From positions 8,176-72,175 of the forward strand of contig JAPLMX010000171.1 in the NCBI GenBank assembly GCA_026386805.1: a stretch of DNA of 64,000 nt, in the 5' to 3' direction. Of the stretch, positions 62,941 through 64,000 are shown piece by piece. A program made the translations under genes and the position numbers. The notes below the pieces were generated by a model. That model searched no databases and was not told the DNA's origin. It saw nothing but the letters and a program-made list of their open reading frames with translations. Positions within the stretch are counted from its first letter, which is position 1; every line of letters begins with the position of its first letter. This DNA comes from Phycisphaerae bacterium (lineage in GTDB: Bacteria; Planctomycetota; Phycisphaerae; Sedimentisphaerales; Anaerobacaceae).

Positions 62941-63742
62941 GGAAATCCCTGAGACCCGTCAGCAACAGACGGCCCGGGCCCCGGACAGTGCCGACCACCT
63001 GAAGGCCATGGCCACGCGGACGTACAACGGGCACAAGCACAACCGCATCGGCGACGAAGAGATCCTGCACCTGCTTCCGATGGTTCGTAAGATCGCCCGT
63101 CGGGCGGTCAGCTACCTCAAGCCGCCGCTATCGTTCGAGGATCTGGTGTCCGCCGGAACCGTGGGCCTGCTCAAGGCGGCCCGTGACTTCGACGCCTCCC
63201 ACCAGGCCGAGTTCAAGACCTACGCCTACATCCGGATCAAAGGGGCCGTGCTGGATGAGCTTCGCAGGGCCTCTTTGCTGCCCTCCAGCCTGAACCGGCA
63301 GATCCGCACCGCCCAGGAGCTAAGCCGCCAGATCGCCGAGCGGACGGGCACGCCCCCCACCGACGAGGAACTGGCCAAGAAGCTCGAGATCTCCGTGAAG
63401 GAGGTGTACGAGTTGTTCGAAAGTGCCCGCGCCTCACGTTTTGTCTCCATCGACGCCATCAGCGAGGAGCAGCCGGCCCTAGGTGATCTTCTGCCGGCCA
63501 CCCAAACCGACGGGCCGGACAGCCTCCTGGAAAAGGCCGAGCTGATCGAGGGCCTCACCAACGCTATCCAGGAGCTCGATGAAAGACGACAGCAGATCAT
63601 CGTCCTGTATTACAGCGAACACCTGACAATGAAACAGATCGCGGAGGTGCTGGAAATCACCGAGAGCCGCGTCAGTCAGTTACACGCCAGCGCCCTTTTC
63701 AATCTATCTGCAAGATTGGAGCAGTGGAAAGATGGCCGATAG
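62924..63742 (+). CDS. fliA: Flagellar sigma factor FliA (sigma-28 / WhiG family)
   Basis: Region 2 DLVSAGTVGLLKAARDFDASHQAEFKTYAYIRIKGAVLDELR. Region 4 LTMKQIAEVLEITESRVSQLHASALFNL. Start is GTG 62924 or ATG 63008. Confidence 0.92.
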   Translation: MTVEAKEIPETRQQQTARAPDSADHLKAMATRTYNGHKHNRIGDEEILHLLPMVRKIARRAVSYLKPPLSFEDLVSAGTVGLLKAARDFDASHQAEFKTYAYIRIKGAVLDELRRASLLPSSLNRQIRTAQELSRQIAERTGTPPTDEELAKKLEISVKEVYELFESARASRFVSIDAISEEQPALGDLLPATQTDGPDSLLEKAELIEGLTNAIQELDERRQQIIVLYYSEHLTMKQIAEVLEITESRVSQLHASALFNLSARLEQWKDGR

Positions 63743-63944
63743 CGACTTCAACACCATCAAGCCCGTGGAGAACCTTCACAATGTCGCGGCTTTGACGCCC
63801 ACGGGGCAACATCAGCAGCGTAAACGCCGGCAGAATCCTCCCCGCCAGGGCCAGGTGCCCCGGGAGGGTCAGGCGGATGAGACACAAGAACAACAAACGC
63901 CGGGGCGCGACGGCGACTCGCATACAATTGACTATTGCGCTTGA
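63732..63944 (+). CDS. Small Q/R/E-rich hypothetical protein translationally coupled to fliA
   Basis: 70-aa ORF. Its ATG overlaps the last codons of fliA. Predicted disordered. No motif recognised. Confidence 0.35.
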   Translation: MADSDFNTIKPVENLHNVAALTPTGQHQQRKRRQNPPRQGQVPREGQADETQEQQTPGRDGDSHTIDYCA

Positions 63945-64000
63945 CGCGAGCCGGTCTTGCGAGAAAAATCGCCGGAGGTGAAAGAACAAAGATGTTCAAG

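Overview
Visibly high-GC bacterial chromosome segment from a diderm (L-ring and P-ring genes are present). Content and repeat style are compatible with Planctomycetota or a similar lineage, but the taxon cannot be fixed from this window. About 50 kb is a nearly complete flagellar regulon: fliS-fliC; fliK; flgBC-fliEFGHIJ-motE-like-motA-motB-motB-fliOPQR-flhB; a long minus-strand block flgD-flgE-pilZ-flgFG-flgAHI-flgJ-like-flgN-flgKL-TPR/glycosyltransferases-fliD; and a plus-strand block TPR-TPR-EBP-fliLMN-flhA-small ORF-fliA. By eye I found four near-identical sigma-54 promoters (TGGCAC-N5-TTGCT), one sigma-28 promoter in front of flagellin, and two sigma-54 enhancer-binding proteins with atypical receiver domains. 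The left end carries capsule-type genes (a Wza-like exporter open at the window edge, and Wzi) separated by a SNF2 helicase + SWIM zinc-finger pair and a truncated DUF5060 gene. The best candidate for something new is a lower-GC ~4.2 kb island (48471-52642). It is bracketed by a ~319-nt direct duplication of the 3' end of a sigma-54 activator gene. It carries an integron-integrase-like fragment and a two-gene module: a membrane-anchored receiver-like protein plus a 759-aa AAA_13/RloC-like ABC ATPase with a CPFC motif, which I read as a candidate defence or abortive-infection system. The second notable layer is repeat biology. A 181-bp MITE-like element (two full copies and one partial) always sits just upstream of a flagellar start codon in the same orientation. 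Several families of low-complexity hairpin elements fill almost every intergenic spacer, and some lie in frame inside coding regions. No tRNA, rRNA or CRISPR array was recognised. All family assignments are from motif recognition by eye, with no searches run.
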